From: a bacterium | GTDB taxonomy: Bacteria > RBG-13-61-14 > DATKZS01 | Direction: 5' to 3' | Assembly: GCA_963674965.2 (NCBI GenBank) | Contig: CAXXFL010000003.1 | Coordinates: 492,837 to 556,836, forward strand | DNA length: 64,000 nt | In this document: one piece after another, positions 38,801 through 49,721 of the stretch | Layout of the letters: every line of letters begins with the position of its first letter | How positions within the stretch are numbered: position 1 is the first letter of the stretch | The notes under the pieces: model-generated | What the model saw: the letters and a program-made list of their open reading frames with translations, nothing else | Database searches by the model: none | Told to the model about the DNA's origin: nothing | Position numbers and translations under genes: made by a program

Positions 38801-39661
38801 TCATCCTTGCATGCTATATAATGTCTTGAACTCTTCTGAAATATTTTCCAATTCTTCCGAATATCCTGTTTGAAAAACCCTGTCAAACACTTCAATGACA
38901 ATAATGATGTATGAAGTGGCTAGGTGAATGGCCATTTCGAATTTCTTCTCATCCTCTGTATTTGGTTCGATGACAATCTTTAATCCTTCCTTATCGCCCT
39001 CCTTAATGTAACTATTCCCCGTATTAACTGTTGCATGTGTAAACTGGCACAAATGGGAGTATATAAGATGATAGGCGTTTTCATACCCGACTTCCCTTGC
39101 CATTTCAAATATCTTCACTGGACTCCATGCTGACTTGACGGGATAGTTATCTTTAACTCTCTTATATTCTGCCTCTTGCCAATCGAGTATCAATTGTTTT
39201 TCTGAATCCCCATAGCTATTCACATCCATGCCGTATATCTTATTGTACGCCTGGCGCAGACGGTTCTTGTGTACGAAATAGTACTCTACAAACAACTTTA
39301 TTCTGCCGCTAACGTCTTTATCTATATACTCTAATGTAATATAACTTTCCAGGAGAGACCTGATAAGGCAATATGAATCTTCGAGAAATCCCTTCTCCAA
39401 TAAATTTTGGGTTGCCAAACTTGTCTTTAAAGCCTTCCATGTAAGATGGGCGGTTGTTCCCTTCCAAAGTAATATTTCCTCAGCTTCCTCCTGGTCTTTA
39501 TCGTCAGCTTCAAGAGTCTGGATGGAAGAGGCGATTTCACAGGACTTTGCCCAAACGCGTTCATTGAAATCAAAATACTTCTTAAGGCCAGGGAATGTCT
39601 TTCTGGCAGAGAAGTTTTTTAATCCTCCCCAATGTTCGCAAAAGTTATTCGATTTTTTCAC
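38801..39661 (-). CDS. DUF5677-like all-helical protein, AT-rich
   Basis: RSLLE..I.L.YI and MAREVG...Y..IYSHLCQFTH patterns; GTG start with GGAG RBS; base composition differs from the flanks. Confidence 0.65.
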   Translation of the reverse strand: MKKSNNFCEHWGGLKNFSARKTFPGLKKYFDFNERVWAKSCEIASSIQTLEADDKDQEEAEEILLWKGTTAHLTWKALKTSLATQNLLEKGFLEDSYCLIRSLLESYITLEYIDKDVSGRIKLFVEYYFVHKNRLRQAYNKIYGMDVNSYGDSEKQLILDWQEAEYKRVKDNYPVKSAWSPVKIFEMAREVGYENAYHLIYSHLCQFTHATVNTGNSYIKEGDKEGLKIVIEPNTEDEKKFEMAIHLATSYIIIVIEVFDRVFQTGYSEELENISEEFKTLYSMQG

Positions 39662-39700
39662 TTAGATATTTCTCCATAATATTCGGTTGCCATTTTACTT

Positions 39701-39896
39701 GCGCGGCGACCCATTTTCATAAAATGCATGGGTGGCGCGTCGTTATCTGAGCATTGCATATTTAAAATCAAGCGTGGATTGTTTTTCACTTCTCTACGTA
39801 AAAGAGGGGCTATCATTACGATTGTCGTTATAGGCGATTGGATCGCAACTTGCCGCCTATACGATATTGAAGACAATATCGCGTGATGGTCCCCGC
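39701..39896. repeat. degenerate copy of the about 195-bp REPIN-like element
   Basis: ATAAAATGCATGGGTGGCG ... ATATTGAAGACAATATCGCG, collinear with 52744-52938. Confidence 0.75.
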
Positions 39897-39916
39897 ACTC
39901 AATGTGGAATATCTGT

Positions 39917-40561
39917 CTATTTTTGATCTTCAGCTTTCGCTTTCTCAGCTTCAGCTTTTGCCTTATCAGCTTCAGCTTTTGCCTTATCAGCTTCCGCTTC
40001 CGCGATTTTTACTGCGGCCTTAGTTTCGGCGACTATCCTAGCTTGTTCAAGAGCCACTTCAATGAGTTCTGCCATCTGGTCGTCTTTGATATTTTGATTT
40101 GCGCCGATCATACAGAGGTTGAACATGGCCACACTAAGATAAGCCGCCGCTTCATCTTTCTCGGAAATCTTTGTTACGTTTTCTATTAATTTTCCTTTCG
40201 TGGATGCGTCCAAGCCATCAATATCGTTAATTGCTTTAATTGTCGCGCTGGAATCGAACTCAGAATCAATAGTTTTAAATACGTCGGCGCCGTATATGCA
40301 TGCCTTGCCGGCCGAGTAATTAACGATATAAGCAGTCACAGAATCTCCATTGGCGGCATTAATTTGCGAATTGTTCGTGGGATAGATATAAGCGGCTGAA
40401 GTGTCGGGGTTCCAAACGTAAATTTTGTCCACTGGTTCTTTATCGCTTCCCGTTAATTTGACGTAACTTATTTGAGGTTTAGGTGCTCCAGTTACAAACT
40501 CTCTCCAACTACATCCAGCCAGCATGGATAAAAAAGGAAGAAGAATGAATAATCTGTACAT
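39917..40561 (-). CDS. AT-rich lipoprotein with C-terminal AEADKAK coiled-coil repeats
   Basis: AGGAG RBS, MYRLFILLPFLSMLAG-C lipobox, and a C-terminal AEADKAK-AEADKAK-AEAEKAK. Confidence 0.78.
   Translation of the reverse strand: MYRLFILLPFLSMLAGCSWREFVTGAPKPQISYVKLTGSDKEPVDKIYVWNPDTSAAYIYPTNNSQINAANGDSVTAYIVNYSAGKACIYGADVFKTIDSEFDSSATIKAINDIDGLDASTKGKLIENVTKISEKDEAAAYLSVAMFNLCMIGANQNIKDDQMAELIEVALEQARIVAETKAAVKIAEAEADKAKAEADKAKAEAEKAKAEDQK
39945..39994. repeat. 21-bp coding tandem repeat
   Basis: TCAGCTTCAGCTTTTGCCTTA x2 plus a partial third copy. Confidence 0.85.
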
Positions 40562-40920
40562 ATCGTGCTCCTCTCTCGTCATGTTTGATTTCACTGATGA
40601 AAACCATAGCGCCAAAGTTCCAAATTAAGTATTATAATGTATTTTATATTCAACACAATACATTGAAAGAAAAGGGTATATCCCTAAAAACGATGCAATT
40701 AAAGATGAACCTGATTGAGGCCGCTGCAAAAATATTAAAATAGGAAATATTTAGAATTTACGAGAAAGTAGTTACTAGAGTTTTCGGCATCCCGTCTGGA
40801 TGCATATCCGCATAATTATAGCAAAAAGCCAATTTGCAACGTACTTTAATTATACCATATATATTTATACCAAATTAATTAAATGCTGTCAAGCAAAAAG
40901 TGAATGACAGGCATTAGTAG

Positions 40921-41117
40921 CGAGGCGGCATGCATCTTTATAAAATGCATGGATGACTTAGCTGCGAGCAGAGCATTGCTTTTTTCAAAGGCAAGCGGGC
41001 AATTTTTTTACCTTCCATTTGAACGGCGCGTTTTCATAACTATCGGCGCTGGAGGCGTTCAGCCCGCGGCTTCGCCGCCCACGCAATATTGAGGACAATA
41101 TCGCGATGGGCCACCCC
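40921..41117. repeat. copy of the about 195-bp REPIN-like element
   Basis: TATAAAATGCATGG ... CAGCCCGCGGCTTCGCCGCCCACGCAATATTGAGGACAATATCGCGATGGGCCACCCC. Confidence 0.85.
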
Positions 41118-41322
41118 GAGGAGAACGGTGGAAAGACGGGGTAGCGAGAGAGGCGCGGCCCTCGACCCATCCCGCTTTGCGGGACCCGCGCGGTTTCTAC
41201 GAAACCGGGCGGGTCACCCCCCTTCCTTTCATCCTGGCCCTTTTCGTTCTATAGTCTGAGTATCCTGACGCTCGCGGCGTTTTCACTCGCCGCGTCCGCG
41301 ATCCCTCTTCCTGGAGGCTATT

Positions 41323-42666
41323 ATGAAAATGACCTTTGTCTGGCGCTCGGTTTTCCCGGTTATCCTGGCCCTTGTCTTTACGGGCTGCACGATCAACGTG
41401 GGTCTCAAGAAGAAGCCGCTCGATTTTCAGCCCTCCTCGGCGGCCCCGGAGCGGACCCCGATTTACGAGAGCGGCGGCTATATTATCGCCCGGGCCTCGA
41501 TGCACAACCACACGGTATTCAGCGACGGCTGCCGGGCGCCGGAGGACCTTCTGGCCATGGCCAAGGACCAGGGCATGGCCATCCTGGCTTACACCGACCA
41601 CCGGGAGGACAAGATATGCCTGGGCAAAAAGGGCCTGGTCTGCGGCAAGGTCGGCGGGGTCGAGGCCGCGGGTTACGACGTTTACTACGACAAGCTGCGC
41701 GAGATGCAGGCCAAGGGCAGGGACGAGGGAATTATCGTTCTCAAGGGGATCGAGGTCATTCCCCATTTCTGGAATTACGGCAAGGCCCCGAACCTGGTGC
41801 TGGACGGGCTTCAGCATCACTTCACGGTCTACGGTATCGAGGACCCGGAGATTTTCGAGAACATGCCCGTCCGCCGTCAGATGACGCTCGATCCCGAGCC
41901 CATTCCGGGGGCCACTCCCTGGCAGGAGTTCGTGGATTATATCGTCGATAACGGCGGCATAGTTCACGCGGTTCACGTCGAGGCGGGGGAGGACCGCTGG
42001 ATAGGGCCGGCCCACGGCTTTTGCCCCCCTCCCATCGAGAACCTGCACCGGCTGAAAAGGCTGACCGGCTTCTCGGTGCTGCCCGAGGCCTGGCACGAGA
42101 AGACCGGCGGCCCGGGCGGCTATTGGGACACGACCCTCATCGAGTACATGGCCGGCGTCCGGGAGAGGCCCATGTGGGCCATGGCCGACGCGGACTACCA
42201 TTGCGATGGCAGCCTGGCCATCTCGACCACGTTGATGTACATGCGCGAGCTCACGGAGGACGAGGTCTACAACTGCCTGCGGGAGGGAAGGATGGTGGCC
42301 CTGGCCGGCGACGCCTTCCAGGACTCGTACGTTTCCGAGTGGTCCGTTTCCGGCCCGGGCGGCCCGAGGTCACCCCTCATGTCGGGCGAGGAGATCAAGC
42401 TGAAAGGGACGCCTCAAGTCCGGTTCTCCCTCGATCGGCCGGTCGAGGGATGCGTGACCCGGCTGATACGAAACGGCGTGGTGGTCGAGGAGACCGAGGG
42501 CGCCGAGCTGACCTTTGCGGACGCCGAGCTGGCCGCCGTTCCCATGCCCGCCTTTTACCGGGTCCAGGTGGTGGGACCGGTGGCGGACAGGGGCTACTAT
42601 GAGGGCGACACCATCAACGCGAGCCTTCTTTTCACCAACCCCATATTCGTCCGCTTCGAAAGGTAA
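41323..42666 (+). CDS. PHP-fold (CehA/McbA-like) metallohydrolase lipoprotein, paralogue 1
   Basis: Lipobox VFTG-C; HNHTVFSDG, YTDH, GIEV, HAVHVE, DADYH, REGR, FYRV and NPIFV motifs. Confidence 0.78.
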   Translation: MKMTFVWRSVFPVILALVFTGCTINVGLKKKPLDFQPSSAAPERTPIYESGGYIIARASMHNHTVFSDGCRAPEDLLAMAKDQGMAILAYTDHREDKICLGKKGLVCGKVGGVEAAGYDVYYDKLREMQAKGRDEGIIVLKGIEVIPHFWNYGKAPNLVLDGLQHHFTVYGIEDPEIFENMPVRRQMTLDPEPIPGATPWQEFVDYIVDNGGIVHAVHVEAGEDRWIGPAHGFCPPPIENLHRLKRLTGFSVLPEAWHEKTGGPGGYWDTTLIEYMAGVRERPMWAMADADYHCDGSLAISTTLMYMRELTEDEVYNCLREGRMVALAGDAFQDSYVSEWSVSGPGGPRSPLMSGEEIKLKGTPQVRFSLDRPVEGCVTRLIRNGVVVEETEGAELTFADAELAAVPMPAFYRVQVVGPVADRGYYEGDTINASLLFTNPIFVRFER

Positions 42667-42678
42667 GGGGGGATTGAG

Positions 42679-44034
42679 ATGAAGACGGCGGGAAGTCTTG
42701 GTTTTAGAGGGGCCGCGATGGCGGCGCTTTGGATTCTGGCGGCGGGCTGCAACCTCGGGGTCTTCAACAAGGACCCGGTCCCGCTCGGTCCTCCCCCGTC
42801 CGAGCCCGAGAGGACGCCGATCTACGAGGACGCGAGCTATATCATCGCCCGGGCGTCCCTTCACAACCACACCACCTTCAGCGACGGCTGCCGCGCGCCG
42901 GAGGACCTGCTCGAGCTGGCCGAGCGCCAGGGCATGGCCATCCTTTCCTACACGGACCACCGGGAGGGGACCTTTTGCATGGGCTCGGGCTCGAGGTTTT
43001 GCGTAAAGGCCGGCGGGGTCGAGGACGTGGGATACGACGTTTACTACGAGCGTCTTCGGGAGATACAGGGCATGGCCCTTGACCGGGGCATGATCGTGAC
43101 CAAGGGGGTCGAGGTTTCTCCTCCCTGGATGTACAACCGGGGCAAGGCGCCCGGCTTCATGCTGGAGGGGCAGAACCGGCACTTCACCGTCTACAACGTG
43201 GAGGACCCGGAGATACTGGCCAACATGCCCGTGAGGAACCAGCTCACCTTCAAGCCCGAGCCCATGAGCGACGTATGGGGACCGCTCCAGGAGTTCGTGG
43301 ATTACCTGGACGAGAGGGACGCCATAGTTCACGCGGTCCACGTCGAGTCCGACCAGGACGACTGGTACGGCCCGGTGCACCTGATTACCCAGGCCCCCGT
43401 TTACAGCGCCATGCTCGAGCGCGTCACCTGTTTCTCGGTGCTGCCCGAGGCCTGGGAATACGTGGGCCGGCCGGGCGGCATATGGGACTCGGTCCTGCTC
43501 GAGTACCAGGCCGGAACGCGGGACCGCCCCCTTTGGGCCGCGGCCGACGCGGACTACCACGGACCGAGGAGTAGCCTGGCCCGGGCGACAACCTTGTTCT
43601 ACATGAAGGAGTTCACCGAGGCGGAAGTCTACAACTGCATGAGGGAAGGACGCATGGCGGCCCTCTCAGGCGACGCCTTCCAGGACGTCTACGTTTCCAG
43701 GTGGAACGTCTCGGACGGCGGGGTCCCGGCGGACGATGTCATGCTGGGACGTAGTCTGACCTTGAGCCGGGCGCCCAGAATCAGGTTCTCCCTGAACAAG
43801 CCAGTGGACGGGTGCGTGACCCTACTTGTAAGGAATGGTGTCGTCATTTCCGAGACCCCCGGCGTGGAGATTGATTACGTGGACGAGGAACGGGGATCGA
43901 GCCGGGAGCCGGCCTATTACCGCGTCGAGGTGCGAGGGCCCGCGGCCGGCCGGGAGTACTACGAGGGAGACACCATACCCGAGAGCGAGCTTTTCGTGAA
44001 CCCCATCTTCGTCAAGTTCGGTCCAAGACCGTAA
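42679..44034 (+). CDS. PHP-fold metallohydrolase lipoprotein, paralogue 2
   Basis: Lipobox LAAG-C; same motif set as 41323-42666. Confidence 0.78.
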   Translation: MKTAGSLGFRGAAMAALWILAAGCNLGVFNKDPVPLGPPPSEPERTPIYEDASYIIARASLHNHTTFSDGCRAPEDLLELAERQGMAILSYTDHREGTFCMGSGSRFCVKAGGVEDVGYDVYYERLREIQGMALDRGMIVTKGVEVSPPWMYNRGKAPGFMLEGQNRHFTVYNVEDPEILANMPVRNQLTFKPEPMSDVWGPLQEFVDYLDERDAIVHAVHVESDQDDWYGPVHLITQAPVYSAMLERVTCFSVLPEAWEYVGRPGGIWDSVLLEYQAGTRDRPLWAAADADYHGPRSSLARATTLFYMKEFTEAEVYNCMREGRMAALSGDAFQDVYVSRWNVSDGGVPADDVMLGRSLTLSRAPRIRFSLNKPVDGCVTLLVRNGVVISETPGVEIDYVDEERGSSREPAYYRVEVRGPAAGREYYEGDTIPESELFVNPIFVKFGPRP

Positions 44035-44044
44035 GGGAAGAAAA

Positions 44045-45382
44045 ATGTCGAGACCGGCCCGCTCGTCTATTGTCCTTGGTTTGCTCGCGGCCGCCATTTT
44101 GGCGTTTATGGCCGGCTCGTGCGTGGTCCCATATCCCGACCCCAAGAGGATCGAGCTTGAGGCGGCGGCGGGCGGGCCCGAGCGGACGCCCGTTTACCGG
44201 CATGGCGGCTATATCGTGGCCCGGGCGTCCCTTCACAACCACACGACCTTGAGCGACGGCTGCCGTAGCCCGGAGGACCTGCTCGATCTGGCCCAGGCCC
44301 AGGGAATGGCCATCCTGGCCTACACCGACCACCGGGAGGGAAAAATCTGCGTGGGCAAGGCCGTCTGCCTCCAGATCGGTGGGGTGGAGAAGATCGGTTA
44401 CGACGCGTATTACAAGCGGCTCCGTTCCATACAGTCCCAAGCCGCCGAGCGGGACATGATCGTCCTGAAGGGGGTCGAGGTCTCTCCTCCCTGGCTATAC
44501 AACTACGGCAGGTTCCCGAATATCGTGGTGGGCGGGCAGCATCGGCATTTCACGGTCTACGATATCGAGGACCCGTCGATCCTGGCGGACATGCCGGCCC
44601 GCCGGGAGGTCAAGATCACACCCGAGCCGTATCCGGGGGACGCGCCGTACCAGGATTTCGTGGATTACATAGTCGAGGCCGGCGGTATCGTTCACGCGGT
44701 CCACGTCGAGTCCGGCCGCGACCAGTGGATAGCCACGGCGCATTTCGTGACGGCCGCACCCGTGTATGACCTTCATCTCGATCGCGTCACGGGCTTCTCG
44801 GTCCTGCCCTCGGCCTGGCGCGAGAGGACGGGAGGCCCGGGCGGGCTGTGGGACTCGACCCTTCTCGAGTACCAGGCGGGCATGAGGGACGCCCCTCTTT
44901 GGGCCTCGGCGGACGCGGATTACCACGGACCCTCCGGCAGCCTGGCCAACGCCACCACCCTTTTCTACATGAGGGAGTTCACCGAGAGCGAGGTTTACCG
45001 CTGCATGAGGGAGGGCCGCATGGTCGCGCTGCAAGGAGAGGCCTTCCAGGACGTCTTCGTTTCCAAGTGGTCGGTAAGCGGGGAAGGTGGTCCCGACGAG
45101 GCGGTGATGAGCGGACGCTCGATCATTATCACCGGGACGCCCCGGATAGATTTTTCCCTCAACGTCGAGGTTGGCGGCGTGAAGGCCCGTCTTATTCGTA
45201 ACGGCGTGGCAATCCGAGAGTTCGAGGGAGTCGGTTTTTCCTATCTTGACGAGGAGGCGGGCGAGTCGGCCGAGCCGGCCTATTACCGGGTCGAGCTGGT
45301 TGGGCCACGGGCAAAAAGCACGGCCACCATGGCGGAAAGCGAGCTTTTCGTGAACCCCATCTTCATAAGATTCGAGCGTTGA
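44045..45382 (+). CDS. PHP-fold metallohydrolase lipoprotein, paralogue 3
   Basis: Probable lipobox MAGS-C; same motif set. Confidence 0.78.
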   Translation: MSRPARSSIVLGLLAAAILAFMAGSCVVPYPDPKRIELEAAAGGPERTPVYRHGGYIVARASLHNHTTLSDGCRSPEDLLDLAQAQGMAILAYTDHREGKICVGKAVCLQIGGVEKIGYDAYYKRLRSIQSQAAERDMIVLKGVEVSPPWLYNYGRFPNIVVGGQHRHFTVYDIEDPSILADMPARREVKITPEPYPGDAPYQDFVDYIVEAGGIVHAVHVESGRDQWIATAHFVTAAPVYDLHLDRVTGFSVLPSAWRERTGGPGGLWDSTLLEYQAGMRDAPLWASADADYHGPSGSLANATTLFYMREFTESEVYRCMREGRMVALQGEAFQDVFVSKWSVSGEGGPDEAVMSGRSIIITGTPRIDFSLNVEVGGVKARLIRNGVAIREFEGVGFSYLDEEAGESAEPAYYRVELVGPRAKSTATMAESELFVNPIFIRFER

Positions 45383-45400
45383 GGCTCGGGCGGTTTGGCG

Positions 45401-47968
45401 TTATTCGGGCTGGTTAAGGACGTCCCTTACGATCCTTAGCAGCTCGATCCGTCCGAAGGGTTTCTTGAGGGACCCCCTCGCCCTGGGGGGGGCCACCTCG
45501 GCCACGGGCCCGTCCGAGATATAACCGCTGGCAAAGACGATCCGGGCCGCCGGGTCGATCTTCCAAAGTTCCTCCGCGCAGAGCTTGCCGTCCATGCCCG
45601 GCATGATGTAATCGAGGACGACCAGGTCCACGGGTTTTTCCCAGGCCTTGTAAATCTCGAGGGCGGTCTGGCCGTCGGGCGCGGTGAGCACCTCGTATCC
45701 GGCGGAGGAAAGCATCCTTCGCGCTATGTCCCGTATATTTTCCTCGTCGTCCACGATAAGGACCGTTTCCTTTCCTCCCTCGGCCCCGTCCTCGCGGAAA
45801 AGGGCCGAGTCGGGCACCTCCCCCAGCGCCTGGATCACGGGAAAGTAAACCTGGAAGGTCGTTCCAATATCGGGTTCGCTTCGGCAGGTAACGTGGCCGC
45901 CGTGGTTCTTCACGATGCCGAAGACCAACGACAGGCCCAGGCCCGTTCCCTTGCCCGGGGCCTTGGTGGTGAAGAAGGGCTCGAAGATATGCTCGAGCGT
46001 CTCAGCCTCCATGCCCGTTCCGTTGTCGGACACGGTAAGGGCCACGTGTTCTCCCACCCCGGCGTCCACGTGCCTGGCCGCGTACTCGGGCCCGAGGGTC
46101 ACGTTCTCGGTCGAGACGGTGATGACTCCGCCTCGAGGCAGGGCGTCCTTGGCGTTGACCGTGAGGTTCATGAGGACCTGCTCGATCTGGGCGGGATCGG
46201 CGTTAACGGTCTTGAGGCTCCGGGCCAGGTTGGACTGGAGCTCGATGGACTTGGGCATGGTCCGAGCCAGCAGCTTCAGGACCTGCTTGGCCGAGTGGTT
46301 TAGGTCGATGGGCCTGAACTTGCTCTCGACCCGCCTGGAGAAGGTCAAAAGGGACCGGGTCAAATCCTCGCCCCTTTTGGCGGCCCTGATTATCTCCATG
46401 GCCTCCCGGTGGCTGGGGCAGGTCTTGTCCAGGTCCATCAGAATAAGGTCGGCGTAGCCATGGATGGCCTGGAGAAGGTTGTTGAAGTCATGGGCCACGC
46501 CCCCCGCCAGGGTGCCAACCGCCTCCATCTTCTGGGAATGCCTGAGCCGGGTCTCCATGCTCTTCTGCTCGGTAAGGTCGATAAGGGAGGCGAAAAGAAA
46601 CCGCGGCCCTCCCCTTTCGTCGGGAATGGCGGCGGCGTTGAACAGGCAGGGAACGGCCGGTCCCGAAAAGGTCCTGGTCGATATTTCCCTGGCCTTGACG
46701 GCCCCCGATACTTTGAGACCGATCATGAGTTTCGAGAAACTCTCCGAGTCTTCCCCCGCGTCGAGCAGGCCGACGCTCTCGCCCTCGAGCTCGCCCGGCT
46801 CGTACCCGTGCATGGAGGAAAAGGCCTCGTTCACGTAGAGGATTTTTCCCGCCAGGTCCGTTATCACGTTGCCGTACCCGGCCGCGTCGGAGATGATCTT
46901 GAATTTGCGGTGCTCGTCCTCGGCCCTTTCGCGCTCGCCGATCTCGAGCCTTAGCTTCTCGTTGACCCTGGTCAACTCCTCGGTCCTGGTCTTGACCAGT
47001 TCCTCCAGGTGGGCTTTGTATTTTTCCACCTCCTCCTGGGCCTTTTGCCGCTCGCTTACGTCGCGGGAGATGCCGAAAAGCACGGTCTCGCCGTCCCACT
47101 TGCCCCTGGTCACGATCGTCTCGACGGGAATAAGGTCGCCGCTTTTGGTCATGAGGGGTATGGAGCAAAGGCTGGTCTTGCCCTCGAGCATGTCCGCCAC
47201 GACGGCTGCGGCCTCTTGTCTTCTCTCGGGAGGATGCAGGTCGAGGACGTGCATCTTTCCAAGCTCGCTCTCGGAGTATCCGAGGCGGCGGGCCACGGTC
47301 GAGTTGAAATGAATTACTTTTCCGCCCGAGTCGAGGACGGTGATTAGATCGTCGAGGGCGTTGAAAAGCGACTCGAGGTTTTTTCGCTCTTCCCGGGCCC
47401 GCCGCTCCGCCCGGACCCTGGCCACCATTCCGCCGATCTGGCCGGCCACGGACTCGATAATGTGTCGGGCGTGCTGGGGAATTTCTCCCCTTCCCTTGGA
47501 GGCCAGATTGAGAGCGGCCACCACGCGGCCCTCGAAGAGTATGGGAATAACGGCGAGACCCAGAAGGCCCTCCTCTATACGAACGCCCGTTTTATTCTCG
47601 GCCACATCATTGTAAACGCCGTAAACGGGCTTTCCTTCCCGGACCAGGCGCGCCTGGTAAGAGTCTTTGGCGAAATGCTTTCCTTCCTCGATGAAGGCGC
47701 CGGACAACCCGGCGTGGGAGACAAGGTCGAGTTCCCCCGTGGACTCGTGAACGATATATACGCCGCCGCAGTCGATTCCCTCTATCTTCAGGATCGCCGC
47801 CAGGAGACGGTCGAAATATTCCCTGAAGCCCCGGCTCTCTCCCAGCACCCGGCAAATGTCCCGTTGAATCTCGACCAGGCGCTCGAGTTCCTTCAGGCGG
47901 GACGGTTCATCCCCTATATAAAAGTCCTCGGTTTTTTCCGGCCCGGCGCCATCGTATTTTTCGTCCAT
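45401..47968 (-). CDS. cytoplasmic hybrid sensor histidine kinase (GAF-PAS-PAS-HisKA-HATPase-REC)
   Basis: [60 protein letters not shown] and [10 protein letters not shown] motifs. Confidence 0.95.
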   Translation of the reverse strand: MDEKYDGAGPEKTEDFYIGDEPSRLKELERLVEIQRDICRVLGESRGFREYFDRLLAAILKIEGIDCGGVYIVHESTGELDLVSHAGLSGAFIEEGKHFAKDSYQARLVREGKPVYGVYNDVAENKTGVRIEEGLLGLAVIPILFEGRVVAALNLASKGRGEIPQHARHIIESVAGQIGGMVARVRAERRAREERKNLESLFNALDDLITVLDSGGKVIHFNSTVARRLGYSESELGKMHVLDLHPPERRQEAAAVVADMLEGKTSLCSIPLMTKSGDLIPVETIVTRGKWDGETVLFGISRDVSERQKAQEEVEKYKAHLEELVKTRTEELTRVNEKLRLEIGERERAEDEHRKFKIISDAAGYGNVITDLAGKILYVNEAFSSMHGYEPGELEGESVGLLDAGEDSESFSKLMIGLKVSGAVKAREISTRTFSGPAVPCLFNAAAIPDERGGPRFLFASLIDLTEQKSMETRLRHSQKMEAVGTLAGGVAHDFNNLLQAIHGYADLILMDLDKTCPSHREAMEIIRAAKRGEDLTRSLLTFSRRVESKFRPIDLNHSAKQVLKLLARTMPKSIELQSNLARSLKTVNADPAQIEQVLMNLTVNAKDALPRGGVITVSTENVTLGPEYAARHVDAGVGEHVALTVSDNGTGMEAETLEHIFEPFFTTKAPGKGTGLGLSLVFGIVKNHGGHVTCRSEPDIGTTFQVYFPVIQALGEVPDSALFREDGAEGGKETVLIVDDEENIRDIARRMLSSAGYEVLTAPDGQTALEIYKAWEKPVDLVVLDYIMPGMDGKLCAEELWKIDPAARIVFASGYISDGPVAEVAPPRARGSLKKPFGRIELLRIVRDVLNQPE

Positions 47969-48144
47969 ATCGATACTTATCTCATATCAGGTTTCCAAAT
48001 TCCACCCGGCCGCAGATAAGTTAAGCGGGAAGTCATGGCGGGGTCGTCGTCAAAAGAAGCCTATCGGTAAAATGTAGCCGATTTTCGGAAGGGTTGCAGG
48101 AAAAAATAATGGCCGGGAATATGTCATGCGCGCCTCGGTTGGAT

Positions 48145-48948
48145 CTACGGCTTTGTTCCAACCACGGTCCAGCTATAGCCGTGCCTGTGGCGGGCGACCA
48201 CCTCGGTGAAACCTCCGTCGCGCAAAAGGTCCAGGGCCTCCTGCTCGGCGTAGTACTTGGCCCAGGCGGGGTTAAGCTGATCGTAGATAACGAGTCTTCT
48301 TACGTCGGCGTCAACTCGGCCCAGCACGTTTCGGGCGTATTCCCGCATTGGCAGCGGCAGATAATAGCACGCTCTGATATATAGCCGGAGGGGCACGTCC
48401 AGTATCCTGGCGAGGGTCTCGAGCAAGGCGTGGGGAAGACGCGGAGTCAGGAGACGCAATATGCCGGTGACGAGCATATAGGTCCGGTTCCCTTCCTTGC
48501 CGTAAAGCCATATGGCCATCTTGCCGCCAGGCTTCAGGGCCTCGAAGGCCGCCTTGACCGCGGGAAGTGGATCGGGAATATGATGAAGAACTCCCACCGA
48601 GAACACGTAATCCAGGTCCCCGGAGGGGGGAAGCTCGTCGCCTCGGACGTTAAGAAAGGTGACCCTCTCCTTGTCTTTTTCCAGGTTTTTCTTCAGCACT
48701 GAAAAGGCCGCGGAAGGCTCGACGGCGATGACGCTCTTAGCCCCGGCCTCGAGCAGCATGGACACGATACGGCCGGTGCCGCTTCCAATGTCCGCCGCTT
48801 TCGCGCCTTTTATTTCCTCCAGAAGAAGGGGAGGAGAAAAGAGGTCCCGGAACAACTCCAGCGATGCGTAATAGCCTTCATTGTCCTGGTACGCGAGCCA
48901 TTGCTCCCCAAAATCATTTATCGTTTTATCGCGCAGCGATTCACTCAT
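48145..48948 (-). CDS. class I SAM-dependent methyltransferase
   Basis: DIGSGTGR, AVEPS, GVLHH and LKPGG motifs. Confidence 0.9.
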   Translation of the reverse strand: MSESLRDKTINDFGEQWLAYQDNEGYYASLELFRDLFSPPLLLEEIKGAKAADIGSGTGRIVSMLLEAGAKSVIAVEPSAAFSVLKKNLEKDKERVTFLNVRGDELPPSGDLDYVFSVGVLHHIPDPLPAVKAAFEALKPGGKMAIWLYGKEGNRTYMLVTGILRLLTPRLPHALLETLARILDVPLRLYIRACYYLPLPMREYARNVLGRVDADVRRLVIYDQLNPAWAKYYAEQEALDLLRDGGFTEVVARHRHGYSWTVVGTKP

Positions 48949-49022
48949 AACGAATTTAATCTCTTCAACTTACCCGCCGGCCAGTCATGGCCCATACCAT
49001 TTCCCGGGCGATGAGGGTTTGC

Positions 49023-49589
49023 CTATTCCCATATGATCTCCGGGCATCCCTCGCCGCTTTTGCCCTCCTCGGCGGCCCAGGCGCAGTCGGAGCAGGTCTG
49101 GAAGTCCCCGCTGAAAATCTCCCCGTCCACGCGGACGTACACCTTGTCGATCTTATAGAAAAGATCGGAGAGGTTCTTGCAAACCACCAGGGCCATGGCG
49201 TCCAGCTTCTCCTCGGCCGACTCGTCCTCGTGGCCGGATTGGTACTGGACCAGCACGTCAGCCACGCCGTTGCCGTTCGCGTCCTTGATGATACAGCCGC
49301 AATCGTAGCCCTCGGCTCGGAGAAGACCCTTAATCATGTCGGCGTCGAGTTCCATGTCCTTCTCGGCCGAGCCGGCGGACATGGCCACTTCCTCCTCGTC
49401 GTCGTAAGATTCCAGCGGCGACCTGGTCGCGCCGCCCGAGTAACCGCCTCCGCCGCTTCCCAGGGCGACCGAGCCCGAGCTATCCTCGGCGTATTCCTCC
49501 TCCGCGGGGGACGCGGCCTTTTTGGATGCGCAACCGAAAACGGAAAGGGAAAGCGCGAGAATTCCCACTAGAACGAAAAAACCTTTCAT
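49023..49589 (-). CDS. acidic, Cys-containing lipoprotein of unknown function
   Basis: GGAGG RBS; lipobox SVFG-C; CGC and CSDC motifs; upstream TTGACA-17-TACCTT. Confidence 0.72.
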   Translation of the reverse strand: MKGFFVLVGILALSLSVFGCASKKAASPAEEEYAEDSSGSVALGSGGGGYSGGATRSPLESYDDEEEVAMSAGSAEKDMELDADMIKGLLRAEGYDCGCIIKDANGNGVADVLVQYQSGHEDESAEEKLDAMALVVCKNLSDLFYKIDKVYVRVDGEIFSGDFQTCSDCAWAAEEGKSGEGCPEIIWE

Positions 49590-49721
49590 GGATTACCTCC
49601 TTGCCCGGACCATGACAAAGGTATCCAAGAGCGGAAGGATTGTCAATTCTCCTCAAGGCGCCAAGAGAAAAAGTCCGGCGGACGGGTAAATGGCCCGCCC
49701 GCCGGAGAACGGCGAGATATA

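Noticed and set aside
38560-41117. Integron cassette array or CRISPR array
   Set aside because: No integrase in the window, no RYYYAAC/GTTRRRY attC ends recognised, and the repeats are in mixed orientation. No regularly spaced short direct repeats or cas genes anywhere in the window.
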